Shown here in pieces: positions 71,109 through 85,599 of a stretch of 124,000 nucleotides of DNA; the stretch's first letter is position 1; each line of letters starts with the position of its first letter. Source of the DNA: Octopus vulgaris. Its lineage: Eukaryota. Made by a program: the position numbers and the translations under genes. The DNA is taken from positions 25,192,001 to 25,316,000 of the forward strand of contig OX597819.1 in the NCBI GenBank assembly GCA_951406725.2. Reading direction: 5' to 3'. A model generated the notes under the pieces. It had not been told where the DNA came from, did not search any database, and saw only the letters and a list, made by a program, of their open reading frames with translations.

Positions 71109-71383
71109 ATCGCGTGGAAGATGTTCGTAAGCCATTCAAAATCACACAAAAACCGTTAGTTTCACTTCAACATTTAGCTTTCATTTGTGTCAAAATATTT
71201 TCGTCGCTTTGAAACCGCGGCTTGTTTATTGACAAAACTTCGTGCTGCATATCAAAGTTTTGTCAGTGAACAGTTCGTGCTGTCAAAGCGACGAATATAT
71301 TTTGACACGAGTGAAATTTAAATGTAGAAGTGAAACTAACGTCCTTTGTGTTTTCTTAAATGGCTTACAAACATCTTCCACGC

Positions 71384-71387
<4 letters not shown>
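71109..71387. mobile_element. Fold-back MITE, ~280 bp with ~105-bp arms
   Basis: CGTGGAAGATGTTCGTAAGCCATT...AGTTTCACTTC pairs with GAAGTGAAACTAAC...AATGGCTTACAAACATCTTCCACG. Confidence 0.82.
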
Positions 71388-71432
<45 letters not shown>

Positions 71433-71520
71433 CAGGTATGTCATATTTTCCGTTTGGTTTCTTTTTATTTAATCCTGAATATATCATTTATGTAACGCAT
71501 GTACTCATTAATTTTTTTTA

Positions 71521-71578
<58 letters not shown>

Positions 71579-71594
71579 TATATATATATATATA

Positions 71595-71982
71595 CTAGCA
71601 GTATCGCCCGGCGTTGCTCGGGTTTGTTTCGACCCGCTGGAATTGGAATTTTTGAAAAGTAAAAATTCTGCATTATGTAGCTTGTTATTCTCTTCAAGTG
71701 AACATTTTTCTGGTTGAAATACATCGAAAAGTGGCGACACAGCAGTGAAAAAATCGTAAAAATAGGGATTTTCATAGAAAAAAAGCACCTTTTTGATGTA
71801 AATAACTTTTGGTGTTAACATGGTCCGATTTGAAGTTCATCTTCTACGGAAGGAAGAGCAACCCTTCTATCATACTCTCAATTTTGGTCAACTTGCGCCG
71901 CAGGGTCTCGGAGGAGATAGTGTTAGTTGAAGGCTACCAAACCTGCCGCACACAGACAACTTCAGCTTTATATATAGAGAGA
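71595..71982 (-). mobile_element. Non-autonomous Helitron
   Basis: Minus strand starts A|TC, ends CCCGAGCAACGCCGGG hairpin then ATACTGCTAG|T; second element with the same ends at 78202-78600. Confidence 0.85.
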
Positions 71983-72662
71983 TAACACACACACACACAT
72001 CAATACACATACATACACACACATACACATGTATGTATATATGTACATCTGTCCACTTCTTGCCATATTTTTATCCTTCACTTCCTACACACACACACAC
72101 ACTCACACACACACACACATACACGCACGCATGCACACTTACACACACACACATACACGCACGCATGCACACTTACACACACACACACACACACTTTCTT
72201 AGCTTACAATTTCTTTCTTTCAACAATTGACAACTGAAGTACGTTCGCCAATGAATACTACCAAAAGTTAGCGACAGATCTCTGTTTCCTTTTTTATGTT
72301 GAGGATTGGTTTAAGCATTAATAAGAGGAAGTAGCAGAATGTGTGATGTTGAATAAGAGTTGCAGAAAGAGGATATGATAGTGGTATACACTTGCAAAGA
72401 GAAAGTAGGAGAAAGTGTGGTAATAGCAGGAGTAAAGCATTTGAAATGAGAGAGGCAAATCGTAAAATATTGAGTTTTCTCGAATTTTTGCTTAATTGGG
72501 GGTGAAATTGAAAAAATGTATAAGCCATAATCCAATCGAATCTACTTCGAAAAATCATAGGTAAATTCCAATTGAAGAAATTCTATATTGTACAATTGTA
72601 TTAAAAACAAACATAGTCAGAGGCAGAGAAAATCTGCCTTTTATCATAAGAGATATAATATA

Positions 72663-72693
<31 letters not shown>

Positions 72694-73036
72694 AGAGAGA
72701 GATTTCTGTAACGTACCATCCACCCAATTGCACTGAAGCCTTCAGTCGCTTCCCGCAGCTATAGTGGAAAACATAATCGCCTAAGGAAATGCGTTTTATG
72801 TTTGTAAATGACTGTGTAGTTAAGAAACTAGCTTTGCAATCCCGTAGTTTCGGGTTCAGTTCAGATGTGTGGCACCTCGACCGAGCGTCTTCTAATATAG
72901 TCCGGGGCCGGTCAATGCTTTGTTAAGTGAATTTGGTAGAAGGAAGCTGTGTAGCAGATAGTTTTCTGCACACATTTATACGTAAATGTGTGTGTGTGTG
73001 TGTGTGTGTGCATGTGTGTGTGTGTTTGTGTGTGTT

Positions 73037-73089
<53 letters not shown>

Positions 73090-73622
73090 GAGAGATTTGT
73101 TTTGTCCCCACCATCTTTGTTTACGCGCCTCCGTAACTTAACTGTCTGACATAAGCGAGTGATAGAATAAATAGCCCCCCCCCAAGAATTATTTGGATCG
73201 ATTTGTTTGATTAAACCCTTCTAGACGGTATCCCAGCATGGCAGGAGTCCTATGATTAAAACAAGCTAAAGATAAAAGATAAGACATGAATATATTTGTA
73301 CATAATCTCTGAGTTTTTATCTCCATCACTCCCTCCCTTTCATTATCTCTGTCCCTTTCGCTTATTTGTCTTCATTCACTGCCCCCCCTCCCAACTCCAC
73401 CAGTAGAATAAATCCATTTCTTTATTTAGTTACATACATGAATTAAATACTTCCAGAAATAACAATTTCTTTCAAGAAACATTACGATTTAATCCTGTGG
73501 AGATATAGAATTATATACAGATGTAACTGAATTCATATATATATATATATATATTGATAAAAATGGTAAGATAACAAAAAGAAAGAAAGAAACTTCGATA
73601 TTACGTAAGATAGAGGAATTTA

Positions 73623-73659
<37 letters not shown>

Positions 73660-73666
73660 CATATAT

Positions 73667-73701
<35 letters not shown>

Positions 73702-73712
73702 CATACATATAT

Positions 73713-73766
<54 letters not shown>

Positions 73767-74153
73767 ATATATACATACAAACATACAAGCATACATATAT
73801 ACATACATACAAAAATACATACATATATTTACATACAAATAATTATATTTATGTATGTCTGCATATATATATATATATGTATATATATACATATATATAT
73901 GCAGACATACATAAATATAATTATTTGTATGTAAATATATGTATGTATTTTTGTATGTATGTATATATGTATGTTTGTATGTTTGTATGTATATATATAC
74001 ATATATATATATGCATCATATATATATCATTATATAAAAGCATAATTATATATATATATATATATGTGTGTGTATGTCTGTCTGTGTGTTTGTGTATCGG
74101 TGGTACACAGGTATGTAAGTGTGTTCATATGTATATAAAAATATTCTTGGACT

Positions 74154-74186
<33 letters not shown>

Positions 74187-74784
74187 CAAGGGCACACACA
74201 CATACATACTCACACACTATTTAAAGATCATGTTTTAATGTTCTAAACATTAAAACGAATATATTTAACAGGGAATTATTGAATACAGGATGCGACATAA
74301 TCACATCCGATTTAAGAATAATTATGCGCAATGCACGTTATGTAATCAATAACTTATATATATATAGGCGTAGGAGTGGCTGTGTGGTAAGTAGCTTGCT
74401 TACGTACCACATGGTTCCGGGTTCAGTCCCACTGCGTGGCACCTTGGGCAAGTGTGTTTTACTATAGCCTCGGGCCGACCAAAGCCTTGTTAGTGGATTT
74501 GGTAGACGGAAACTGAAAGAAGCCTGTCGTATATATGTATATATATGTTTATATGTATGTCTGTATATGTTTGTGTGTCTGTGTTTGTCCCCCTAGCATT
74601 GCTTGATAACCGATGCTGGTGTGTTTACGTCCCCGTCACTTAGCGGTTCGGCAAAAGAGACCGATAGAATAAGTACTGGGCTTACAAAGGAATAAGCCCT
74701 GGGGTCGATTTGCTCGACTAAAGGCGGTGCTCCAGCATGACCGCAGTCAAATGACTGAAACAAGTAAAAGAGTAAAAGAGTAAA

Positions 74785-74817
<33 letters not shown>

Positions 74818-75259
74818 CGCAAGTGTGGCTGTCTGTTAAGAACCACATGGTTCCGGGTTCAGTTCCACTGTGTGGCACATTGGGCAAGTGTCTTCTACTA
74901 CAGCCTCGAGGCAATCAAAACCTTGTGAGTGGATTTGGTTGGCGGAAACTGAAAGAAACTTGTATATATATATATATATATACATATGTATGTGTGTATG
75001 TGTGTATGAGTGTTTATGAGTGTGCGTCTGTGTTTGTCCTCCCCGCCATCGCTTGACAACCGATGCTGGTGTGTTTATGTCCTCGTAACTTAGCGGTTCA
75101 GCAAAAAATATGATAGAATAATTACTAGGCTTACAAAGAATATGCTCTGGGATCGACTAAAATCCTTTAAGGCGGTGCTCCAGCATGCCCAGAATCAAAT
75201 GAGTGAACCAAGAGAATAAAAGAACAACACACACTCACACACACACACGTATACATATA

Positions 75260-76493
75260 CAGGGTACGTAAGGTATATGAGGAGATACCTTTTTTGGGTC
75301 ATTGCTGCATTGTTTCATAAAATAATAATGGCAGACCCTTAACTTACTCAAGAAATGAAGAGGCATGCTGTTATTGTTGTTATAAAGGCGGAGCATAGCG
75401 ATTTAGAAATATCTCGATATTTACAAGTTGCTAGATCTGTCGTCTATAAAGTTTGTAAGGAGCTAGAAGACTGAAGATGGAAACGCATCACCAGTATCAC
75501 AGCATAAAAAGCATTCTAAACGCTCTGAAATCATCTGAAGACATGAATTCATCCATTAAATTCAACAGACCATTGATTACAATCCTAGAAAGTCCATGAA
75601 GTCAATTGCAAAAGATCTCCATGTGCCAGAAGGAACAGTCAGAAATGTTGTCCACGAAGTCATCAGATATAAGTCTTATATGATGAGGAAAGGTCAATTT
75701 GTCAGAAAAAGCAAAAGAAAATCACTACATGAGATCTAAAAGGCTCTTAAACAAACTGAAAAATCCAGCGCAAGAAGATTTGATTTCGTTTTTCTCAAAT
75801 GAGAAAAACTTCGACCAAGATCAAAAAGTTAACAGAAGAAATGACAGATGGTTATGTGCAGACCCTTTTAAAGTTTCAAGTGTTATGCATACAAAATTTC
75901 CAGTCACTGTCATGGTTTTAGGAGTTGTCAGCAATGAAAGACATATGATACTACCTTATTTCTGTCTACAAGGCCTTAGAGTTAGCTCTGCCACCTATAT
76001 TGAGGTCATCGAAATAATTGTCAAGCCCTAGATAGTGTATGCAATGGAAGCCTAAAAGTGTTTTAGTAAGAGTCTGCACTATCACACATGGCTCTAGTAA
76101 CACAGGAATGGATGACCGAAAATTTTGATGATCCTATAACCCCTAACATTTGGCCTCCTAATTCCCCAGATCTCAATCCATTGGACTATTACATTTGGAG
76201 TATTACTGAGAGAGAGGTAAATGAACACGCCCAATAACACCAAAGATTCTTTGAAAGCTGCTATAGTCAAAGTAATGTCCAAAATGAACCGGAACCACTT
76301 GATCCGAGCATGTAGATGATTTAGATCTCATATAGAAGCAGTTGTTGAAGCTGAAGGTGGCTTTATTGAATAACATTACAAAGAAGAAGGTTTATTTTTA
76401 TCCTCATAGCATTTTTTAATAAATAAAGTTATCTCTTATAAGTTTTTTTTTTTTATAAGCATAAATCTGTCCTCAAATATATTACGCACTCTG
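75260..76493 (+). mobile_element. Degenerate Tc1/mariner transposon (probably maT/DD37D-like)
   Basis: TA-flanked imperfect TIRs CAGGGTACGTAA / TTACGCACTCTG; FFSNEKNFDQDQKVNRRNDRW, KFPVTVMVLGVVS, WPPNSPDLNPLDY; stops and frameshifts. Confidence 0.88.
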
Positions 76494-77652
76494 TATATAT
76501 ATAGGCGTAGGTGTGACTGTGATAAGAAGCTTTCTTCCCAACCACATGGTTCTGGGTTCAGTCCCATTGCGTGGCACCTTGAGCAAGTGTCTTCTACTAT
76601 AGCCTCGAGCCGACCAAAGGGTTGTAAGTGGATTTGGTTGACGGAAACTGAAAGAAGCTTGTCGTATATATGTATATATATATAATTCAATGGTACAACA
76701 GTGTAAGAGTTTGCTTTGAGATATACTTAGATTGTGATTTCTGCAATGTGCTGCATAAATTGTCAAGTAGATGAGAGGCATCTTTGCCTCCACAAATTCA
76801 GTTGCAAAGTGTTGAGTAAAGTTATTTGGTTGCAGACCTCATTTAAGTCTTTTTATTATCACTGGGTCACACATAGTCCCCAGATGGTAACATTGATTTC
76901 AAGGCCTTCCCAGATGAGTGACTGGTTATTCAAAGACATTTATAGATTGTAAATTTATTCTGTTCAGTTAAATTTCAGTATAGTGGTCCTTTGCAAACTC
77001 CAGATGTGACATTTTCATTTCACCTTAGCCCTCACGTCACACATTTGTTAATGTTTACCTCAGTTGGGTGACGCCCTAACAATTGCTATAGTTCCATAAT
77101 GCATCTTACAGCTGTGCCTGTCACCTGGATGGTGAGGAATCCTACATTGGGAGTGGTAACGACTAGGGTAGGGTAGCAGACTGCTTATTGTGATCATTCG
77201 TCTTTTGGTTCCCTGTAGCTTTGCTCTCTTTTACAAACCCAGTGAACATACATATATTTCCTATTTCAAAGAAATTCAAACAATAGATATAAGACCCAAG
77301 TTAAAAACATTCCCAAGAATTCAACTTCTCTGCTTGACATTAAGACACCCACCCCCAATAGGGGCCTTAACTCACACATTTTAGAGCTCCATGACCTCCA
77401 TTTTTCAGGATCAAAATCCTTTTAACGGGTTCTATAAAACTGGAATTTTGGAATCTGTACATAAAAATCAGTAGTATAGGATACATGTGTCGTGATTATT
77501 ATTTCTTTAGGGTGTGTTAAGAGGGAAAGAACCCTCGTCTGCAATTTTGATGAAATTCAAATCATAGCTATTCCAGTTCATTACAGAAAATATAACAGAA
77601 AAGTCTACTTCTTCAATTGCATGTAACACGGACAATGCCGGTATCTCTGCTA

Positions 77653-77688
<36 letters not shown>

Positions 77689-78201
77689 ATCCTTTTATTA
77701 ATTCATTTGTTTCAATCATTTGACTGCGGTCATGCTGGTGCACCGCATTCAAGTGTTTTTGTTGAACAATTCGACTCCAGGACTTATTTTAAGGCCTAGT
77801 ACTTGTTCTATCGGTCACTTTGCCGAATCGCTATGTTACGGGACGAAAAGACACCAACACCGGTTGTCAAGCGAAGTGGTGGTTGACAAATACACACACA
77901 CACACACACACACGACGAGCTTCTTTCAGCCAAATCCACTCACAAGGCTTTGGTCAGCCCGGGGGCTTCAGTAGAAGACACTTGCCCACGGCGCCTTGCA
78001 GTGGGGGTTGAACCCAGAACCATGTGGCTGGAAAGCAAGCGATGCGACGAACGACGGCTTCCACAGGGTCATAAACGATCCTTCGTCGGCTTCGACAATG
78101 AATATATCTCGTCGGCTGACCCACTGAGCTACTTACTCATTAAATGAACGTGTAAACGACTGAGTATCTGGCCATGAGTACACACCTACTTATATACTCT
78201 A

Positions 78202-78600
78202 CTAGCAGTATCGCCCGGCGTTGCTCGGGTTTGTAAGGGAAATAACTATATAAGCATTTTTAGAGAGTTATAGCCAAAAAATAGCAAAAAAATGCGTTAA
78301 AAATGGAAAAAAATGATGGTAAATTTTTTTAAAAGTCGTTGACTCATCGTAGACATTTTTAGAGAGTTACTTCCCTTATATAATAGCGAAAAAAATGCAT
78401 TAAAATGGAAAAAAATGAAGGTAAATTTTTTTTTTAAATCGTAGACTCATCGTAGACGCGCGCTAATACCCAGAAGGACTCGATATGAATCACGACTATA
78501 AGATACCCGGTTTTGGTTAAACTGTACCGCAAAATGTGGGAGTAGTTAGGAATCTAAATCGTAGGAGACTGACACACAACTTCACTTTTATATATAAAGA
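78202..78600 (-). mobile_element. Non-autonomous Helitron with an internal tandem duplication
   Basis: Same 5' TC and 3' hairpin-CTAG ends as 71595-71982. Confidence 0.82.
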
Positions 78601-79417
78601 TATATTTCTTGTGTGCATATGAAAACCTGCGTACATATTTGTGCGCTCGCGCGTGTGCATGTGTGAGTATGTGTGTGCATGTAGGTAATTTAACAACTGT
78701 CTTTTTTTCTTAAAATATATTTTTAACGTTATTGATTCCTGGTTAGGTTTGAGGAACTTAATATTTCTTCCACAAAGCCTTTTCTAATCCATTTCTATTA
78801 AAAAAAGGTAGATTCATAAAAGCATTTGTATTGATTTTCATTATGGACACGTGTTCTTTTAATATAAGTTCACAGGCAGTATCAGCATCAAGGTGGAATT
78901 ATATGGTTTATAGGTAGAATCTAATCAATGTGCTTCCATAAGTTTTCATGAACTCGATTTCACTGTCAGGGATTCGGTCGGATCAAATCTGTGAGAAAAG
79001 GCAGCTGTTTATGATGCTGCACTGCAGGATCGAACCTGTAACTTTATGATTGCAAAGTGAAGTTATTCACCACGCAGCCATGTCTGCAATCGTAAGGTTT
79101 GGTAAAGGTAATTATTGCGTGACCTTATCAGAGAGAAGAGGGGTGGGGAGGAGAGAAGGGGAGGAAGAGGATGATGAAGACGAGGAAGAGAATGAAGAGG
79201 AGAGGAAAGATAAGGAGGAGAAGGATGACGAGGAGATGAAGGAGGAGGAGGAGGAGGAGGAGGAGAAGAAAATGAAGGAAAGTCTTGTGTAGAATTGTCT
79301 CTACACATTGTAGAGTAGTAGCAATATTTAATGCACACACACGCATATATATATATGTAGAGAGAGATAGAGAGTTAGATAGATAGAGAGAGATGGATAG
79401 ATAGATAGGTCGGTAGG

Positions 79418-79454
<37 letters not shown>

Positions 79455-79492
79455 CGTTAAATGCAACTACTCTTTGTGCACTTCTGTCGCTC

Positions 79493-79525
79493 TCTCCGAC
79501 GAAGGATCAAACCCGAAACGTCAGA
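79493..79525 (+). ncRNA. Minimal hammerhead with U4C core mutation
   Basis: TCT-CCGACGA-A-GG.ATCAAA.CC.C-GAAAC-GTC-AGA. Confidence 0.5.
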
Positions 79526-81003
79526 TTCCGCCTGTCTCCTCATATCATAGAAACATATCGACACGCATGAATATCCATCTATATAAATGTGTGTGTGTGT
79601 GTGTTTGTAAGTGTGTGTATCTGCGTGTGTGTGCATGTGTGTAGTGCATGTGCATGTATGTGCTGAATATATCTATCCTCGTGAGACACTGAATGCTGTG
79701 GTTGATCGTCGATTCAAGCTATTGCTGATAATAACAATGTGACCCTTAACAAATACCTAGATGAATGATGAATAAAAAAATTACGCTTGTTTTCTATAAT
79801 GGCGACATCTGTAACTGCAGTGAAGCAGGTTATATAATACTTAAACTATTGTGACTCAATGTTCTAAGTAAACATTACTTAAATAAACATCTACTATGAT
79901 AGACAATACGACAAGCTGTGTCTGCTCGGTGACAACTACAACGGCAACCGTTTCTTTTGAACTTGCTGATTGTAAAACAATCAACCGTTTCTTTTGAACT
80001 TGCTGATTGTAAAACATTTATGACCCTGTGGAAGTCGTCGTTCGTCGCATCGCTTGCTTTCCAGCCACATGTTTCCGGGTTCAAGCCCCACTGCAAGGCG
80101 CCGTGAGTAAGTGTCTTCTACTGAAGCCTCCGGGCTGACCAAAGCGGGGGCTGAAAAGTTCCTGGTTTTAAGGGTGTCGCGAAAGGCCTGGCTGGAGGCC
80201 CAAACTTCCAAGTTCTTTTACAGGGCTTAGAAAAATTGAAGGACTACTGCAGAAAGTGTGTGAGTCTGAGAGGGGAATATGTTGAGTGAAATCGTAATTA
80301 ACTGATCCTTCTCTATTCTCTTTTACTCAAAGCCAAGAACTTTTCAGCAACCCTTCGTAAAACTATGAATAAGATAACCTTTTGGGGGGGACACTTGACA
80401 AGCTGGAAACAACAGCCAAATATTATGTCACACAATTTCATGTTACCATCATAAAACAGGAAGGACACGTCGGATGATAGTCATAAAGTACACAATAGTA
80501 ATAAGCGAAAAAACACACACAAACAAAAGAGACGTGAAGACTTTGACTGGAGCGTCTTTGATCATAGGATCTGCTTGTTTGATAAGGGCTACACAACAAC
80601 AACAACAAAAACAGAAACAACAACAACATTGACAACACCGATAAAAATAACTGCAACAATAACAACTACAATAATCCCTCGTCGTATCTCGGTTCATCTA
80701 TCGAGGTCCGCGTATTACGGTTCACTGATCGTGGTTTATTATCTAAGCTTACGTCGAATCCTCCTTGGTGTTATTTTGCCTTTATAATATTTATAAATAT
80801 ATACCAATTATTAAAAAAATATATATATATATGCAGTATAGGCGCAGGAGTGGCTGTGTGGCAAGTAGCTTGCTTACCAACCACATGGTTCCGGGTTCAT
80901 TCCCACTCCGTGTCAACTTGGGCAGCTGTTTTCTACTATAGCATCGGGCCGACCAAAGTCTTGTGAGTGGATTTGGTAGACGGAAACTGAAAGAAGCCCG
81001 TCG

Positions 81004-81040
<37 letters not shown>

Positions 81041-81504
81041 GTGTGTCTGTGTTTGTCTTCCCAACATCGCTTGACAACCGATGCTGGTGTATTTTCGTCC
81101 TCATCACTTAGCGGTTCGGCAAAGGAGACCGATAGAAGAAGTTCTAGGCTTACAAAGACTAAGTCCTGGGGTCGATTTGCTCGACTAAAGGCCGTGCTCC
81201 AGCATGGCCGCAGTCAAATGACCGAAACAAGTAAAAGTGTAAAGAGTAGTGTTTTTACTTCGCAGATCTTCATCTATCGCGGGTTGAAGGGGGTTGGAAC
81301 GTAACTACAACGATAGCCGAGGGATTACTGTACACTGTAACACAGCAACACCGACAATAACCACAGCAACAACTGTAACAACTACAACAACTACAACAAT
81401 AACTACAAGAACATAAACAACAACAACAACACTAACAAACGTGTGAATTTCACATGAATTTCTGATTCATTTATGCCTAGAGTGAGTTTGGTCAGTAAGC
81501 GGCG

Positions 81505-81912
81505 GTGGAGGCAGCGGTTTTGGCGGCAGCGGCGGTGGCACCAGCGGTGGTGGAGGCAGCGGTGATGGCGGCAGCGGCGGTGGAGGCAGCGGTGGTGGAG
81601 GCAGCGGCGGTGGAGGCAGCGGCGGTGGAGGCAGCGGCGGTGGAGGCAGCGGCGGTGGAGGCAGCGGCGGTGGAGCGGCGGTGGAGGCAGCGGTGTTGGC
81701 GGCAGCGGTGGTGGGGGCAGCGGCGGTGGAGGCAGTGGTGGTGGCGGCAGCGGCGGTGGTGGCGGTGGAGGCAGCGGTCGTGGCAGTGGCGGTGGAGGCA
81801 GCGGTGGTGGCGGCAGCGGCGGTGGTGGCAGCGGAGGTGGAAGAAGCGGTGGTGGGAGTGGCGGCGGTGGTGGCAGTGGTTTTGGAGGCAGCGGTGGTGG
81901 TGGCGGCAGTAG
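81505..81912. repeat. GC-rich 15-bp repeat (GCAGCGGCGGTGGAG)n, degenerate
   Basis: Period 15 at 81601-81670; explains the EAAAV/poly-P/HRRC ORFs. Confidence 0.9.
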
Positions 81913-82456
81913 TAGCAAAACAACGACACCTATACCCGACAGAGCAATGAACACCACAGTTCCCTTTTAACCCCTAAAGCAACAGGGTTTTCATAGCCGG
82001 CACGTACACCTTTGATGAAAAGTTTGCTCGGGCAAAGTGGAGCTGGGGCAATACAACAACATGTGCACAAAAAACCAATTAAGTTTGTACTAAAATATCT
82101 AAAGAAAAAGGTAAAGAGTCAAAAGATTGCACCTAGAAAGTTCCCCTCCGAAGTACAAGTCTGAGCAAGGTTGTTTTGTGGAAGACCAGCAGCCACCCCT
82201 GCATACCAGCCTCTCTCCACGCCACCGATGTTATCAATGGAAAAGGCAAAGACCGATACAGCTTGGCACCCGTGACATCACAACTCATTTCTAGAGCCGA
82301 ATGAGCTGGAGCAACGTGAAATAAAGCGTCTTACTCAAAAACAGAACACAGAACCCGGTCCAGGTATCGAACTTACTACTTCATGATTGTGACCCCAACA
82401 CCTTATTTAAAATAGCATTATATATATACATACATACATACATATGTGTGTGTGTG

Positions 82457-82528
<72 letters not shown>

Positions 82529-82554
82529 AAAAAAGCAACAAGAATGGATTAAAA

Positions 82555-82642
82555 TCTCGGTACGATCGTTTCGTACGAGGACATCTTTAATAAGCTACAA
82601 AAAATGCAGTGAATACAGATGGCTCGTACTCGTCAGCCGAAA
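82555..82642 (-). ncRNA. Type-I hammerhead (exact inverted copy of 83912-83999)
   Basis: Lies in a 122-bp perfect inverted repeat (82524-82645 / 83909-84030). Confidence 0.85.
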
Positions 82643-83911
82643 AAAATATCAGAGAATTCCCAAACATCAAAAGGGGTAGATACAAAAGAGGTTGTAAGAT
82701 TAACTGCATTGAAGAAAGTTCGATTCATGGAGATCCGATGAAAGGTTTTAAACCTATAGAATTTATGCATGTCTACATATAGCTCATATTGAATATTTGA
82801 TCAAGTTGTATGAAGAAATTTTCGGATACAGTCATGCAAAATTTCTGAAAATCCGAGTAAGAGGCAAAGTGACTGCCACATCATGTAGAGGAAAGTCTGA
82901 GTAAAAACATAGTGACTGTCATATCGTGTAGAGGAACAGATTGTTATTGAAATTTACAAGAATCGCAGATAAGTTCGATTTTTTGGAGATCTGATGAAAA
83001 GGTCTTGAACTTACAAAATTTGTGTATGTCCTTATAGTTCGTAATCCAGTTTTGTGGAGAGATTTAGGGTACAATCATGCGAAAATATCAGGGAGTCCGA
83101 ATGAGAAGCAAAAATGACAGTCTTATATTGTAGTGGTTCAGGTAGTTAATGAAATTTTCAAGAATCACAGAAAGAGGAGGAAGGGGGTAGGAATTTAATC
83201 AGTTACTGCTATTTAAGCTGTCAAAGAGAAAGGAAAGGGGAAGCTAAGGGGATGGGCACAATTTGATACTGACAAAAAAGTCTAAGTTTGTTTGGAACAA
83301 ATTCGAACTGAGGTCAACAATTTATTTCTTTATTTATAAATGTTACTATTAATAGATTGTCAGGTTACAAAGAGGTCATTAGAAAGGAAAGAAAAATGGG
83401 GTTGTTATTAAATGAAATTAAACTATTATATTATTATTATACTAAACTATAATACATACATAATGTTATTAAATGAAATTAAACAATTATATTAATATTA
83501 TACTAAACTATAATACATTACACTATATTATATTATATTATTTTGATATATTCCATCACAATACACTACGATAGGTCTGGTATTAGCAGAATTAATTTTT
83601 AAAAGTTTAAAAGAAATTAAGAGAATTAACTAACTAATATTTGTAATGGGATAAAAAATAGACTAAGAAATGGAGATAAAAATAGAGCAAAATTTAATTT
83701 ATTAATAATATGGTCCAATAGAAATAAATCAAATAATTTAAGTCAATAAGTATTAAATAGTACCATCAGAGAGAGAAAAATTATAATCATAGCTAGTTAG
83801 AACTTATCTTTCCAGTTAAATATATAATATACTATGTAGGAGTGATATGTAAGTCAAAATGAATTTTATGTAAAATAATTCCAGTATACAGTTATCAATT
83901 GAGATATATTT

Positions 83912-83999
83912 TTTCGGCTGACGAGTACGAGCCATCTGTATTCACTGCATTTTTTGTAGCTTATTAAAGATGTCCTCGTACGAAACGATCGTACCGAGA
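83912..83999 (+). ncRNA. Type-I hammerhead ribozyme with long stem II
   Basis: TTTCGG-CTGACGA-GTACGAG...CTCGTAC-GAA-ACGATCGT-A-CCGAGA; G10.1-C11.1 intact; GUA, cut after 83993. Confidence 0.87.
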
Positions 84000-84146
84000 T
84001 TTTAATCCATTCTTGTTGCTTTTTTCCTATTTATAATCACCCCACTTGTCGTATGGTTAACACCATATAGATATCCGGTGCATCCTAGTTAAGGACCATA
84101 TTCATGTGAATTCTTTAGAATTCACTAGAATCTCAATTACTTAACC

Positions 84147-84195
<49 letters not shown>

Positions 84196-85257
84196 TAATA
84201 AGAAAAAGGCAATATTAGCCCATTAATATCATCTTAATCTTATCGGCAAGGCTCTCATGCAGATATCTCGGGGTAAGTTTTGGTTTGAGTGGCTCTGTGA
84301 ATCTTCAACTTTACTGGGCTTACAACAGCAATGATGAGAGAATTACTAGGTAGGTATACAATAAAGTGCACTAATAGGCGTAGGAAATTAACAGCATATA
84401 CAAAAATAAATTGAGGTTCATTTATTCATTAGTGAGAAATTACATCTATTTGTTAACGTAGTACAGTGAATTAAATGAAAGTTTCCAGTTGTAAGGGAGA
84501 TAACTCTCATGACACTATTAATAACGAGATGTTATCGTTCAGACAACGTCACAAATTTATGAAGTCTGCAGTGAAAGATTTAACGATTGTAACCTTTAGA
84601 ATTCAGATTACTCCGTCAAAAGTAATACTTATCTATTCACATTATTTTGAATAGTTCATTCATTATTTTGTAACGTCGACATTTTGATGATATGATTGTA
84701 TATTTTTAGAATGACATTGTAGGACAGGTATGCGAAGCTACATCTGGCCAGTTTGAACATGAAGCAGGTAGAATACTTGGGCCAGATGTGGCCGATTTAA
84801 GCACAAATGGGTTACATTTAGAAAACGTTTGGTACTGACCCAGGCCACATAATCGATCCTTGTAGGAATAAAGAATAGAAAAATATGAACGGAACCCTTG
84901 AAAACATAGTCGGACAACACTAAGAATGTACATAAGAATATACGTTTGAAATTTGGTTTTCTGCTCACCCGTTTTTTTTTTTTTTTTTTACCACAAGCCA
85001 CATTGCGGTTAAAGGACATGCTAGAAGTAGCAGCTAAGCCTGTTCAGATCACTCTCCACTACTTTCAAAATATGAAGGACACTGTATAATATAATTGCTG
85101 TAATTCACTTCGAGATGCAAAAATTGTTAGTATAACAATAATTTATAACTGTGGAAATAGACACGAAATTTGGTGGTCGTAGGTTCGATCTATCCTTGCA
85201 TATAAAAGCTAGGAAATGTATGGATACTCTACCAATTTTGCATAACCACTGACTTTT

Positions 85258-85258
85258 T

Positions 85259-85301
<43 letters not shown>

Positions 85302-85430
85302 GCTACCACCACCACCACCACCACCACCACCACCACCACCACCACCACCACCACCACCACCACCACCACCACCACCACCACCACCACCACCACCACCACC
85401 ACCACCACCACCACCACCACCACCACCACC

Positions 85431-85487
<57 letters not shown>

Positions 85488-85503
85488 GCTACTACTACTA
85501 CTA
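85258..85503. repeat. Compound (CTA)n-(CCA)n-(CTA)n microsatellite
   Basis: Direct reading. Confidence 0.95.
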
Positions 85504-85599
85504 CTTCAGAGTAGGCCCATTCACACGATCCATTTTTCTCAATATTCATCCACCTTGCAACAAAATTCCTGGAGGGCAGTACTTCTATCTCTACCCTCA

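Noticed and set aside
81403-81957. Proline-rich, EAAAV and HRRC ORFs
   Set aside because: Products of a 15-bp GC-rich repeat open in several frames.
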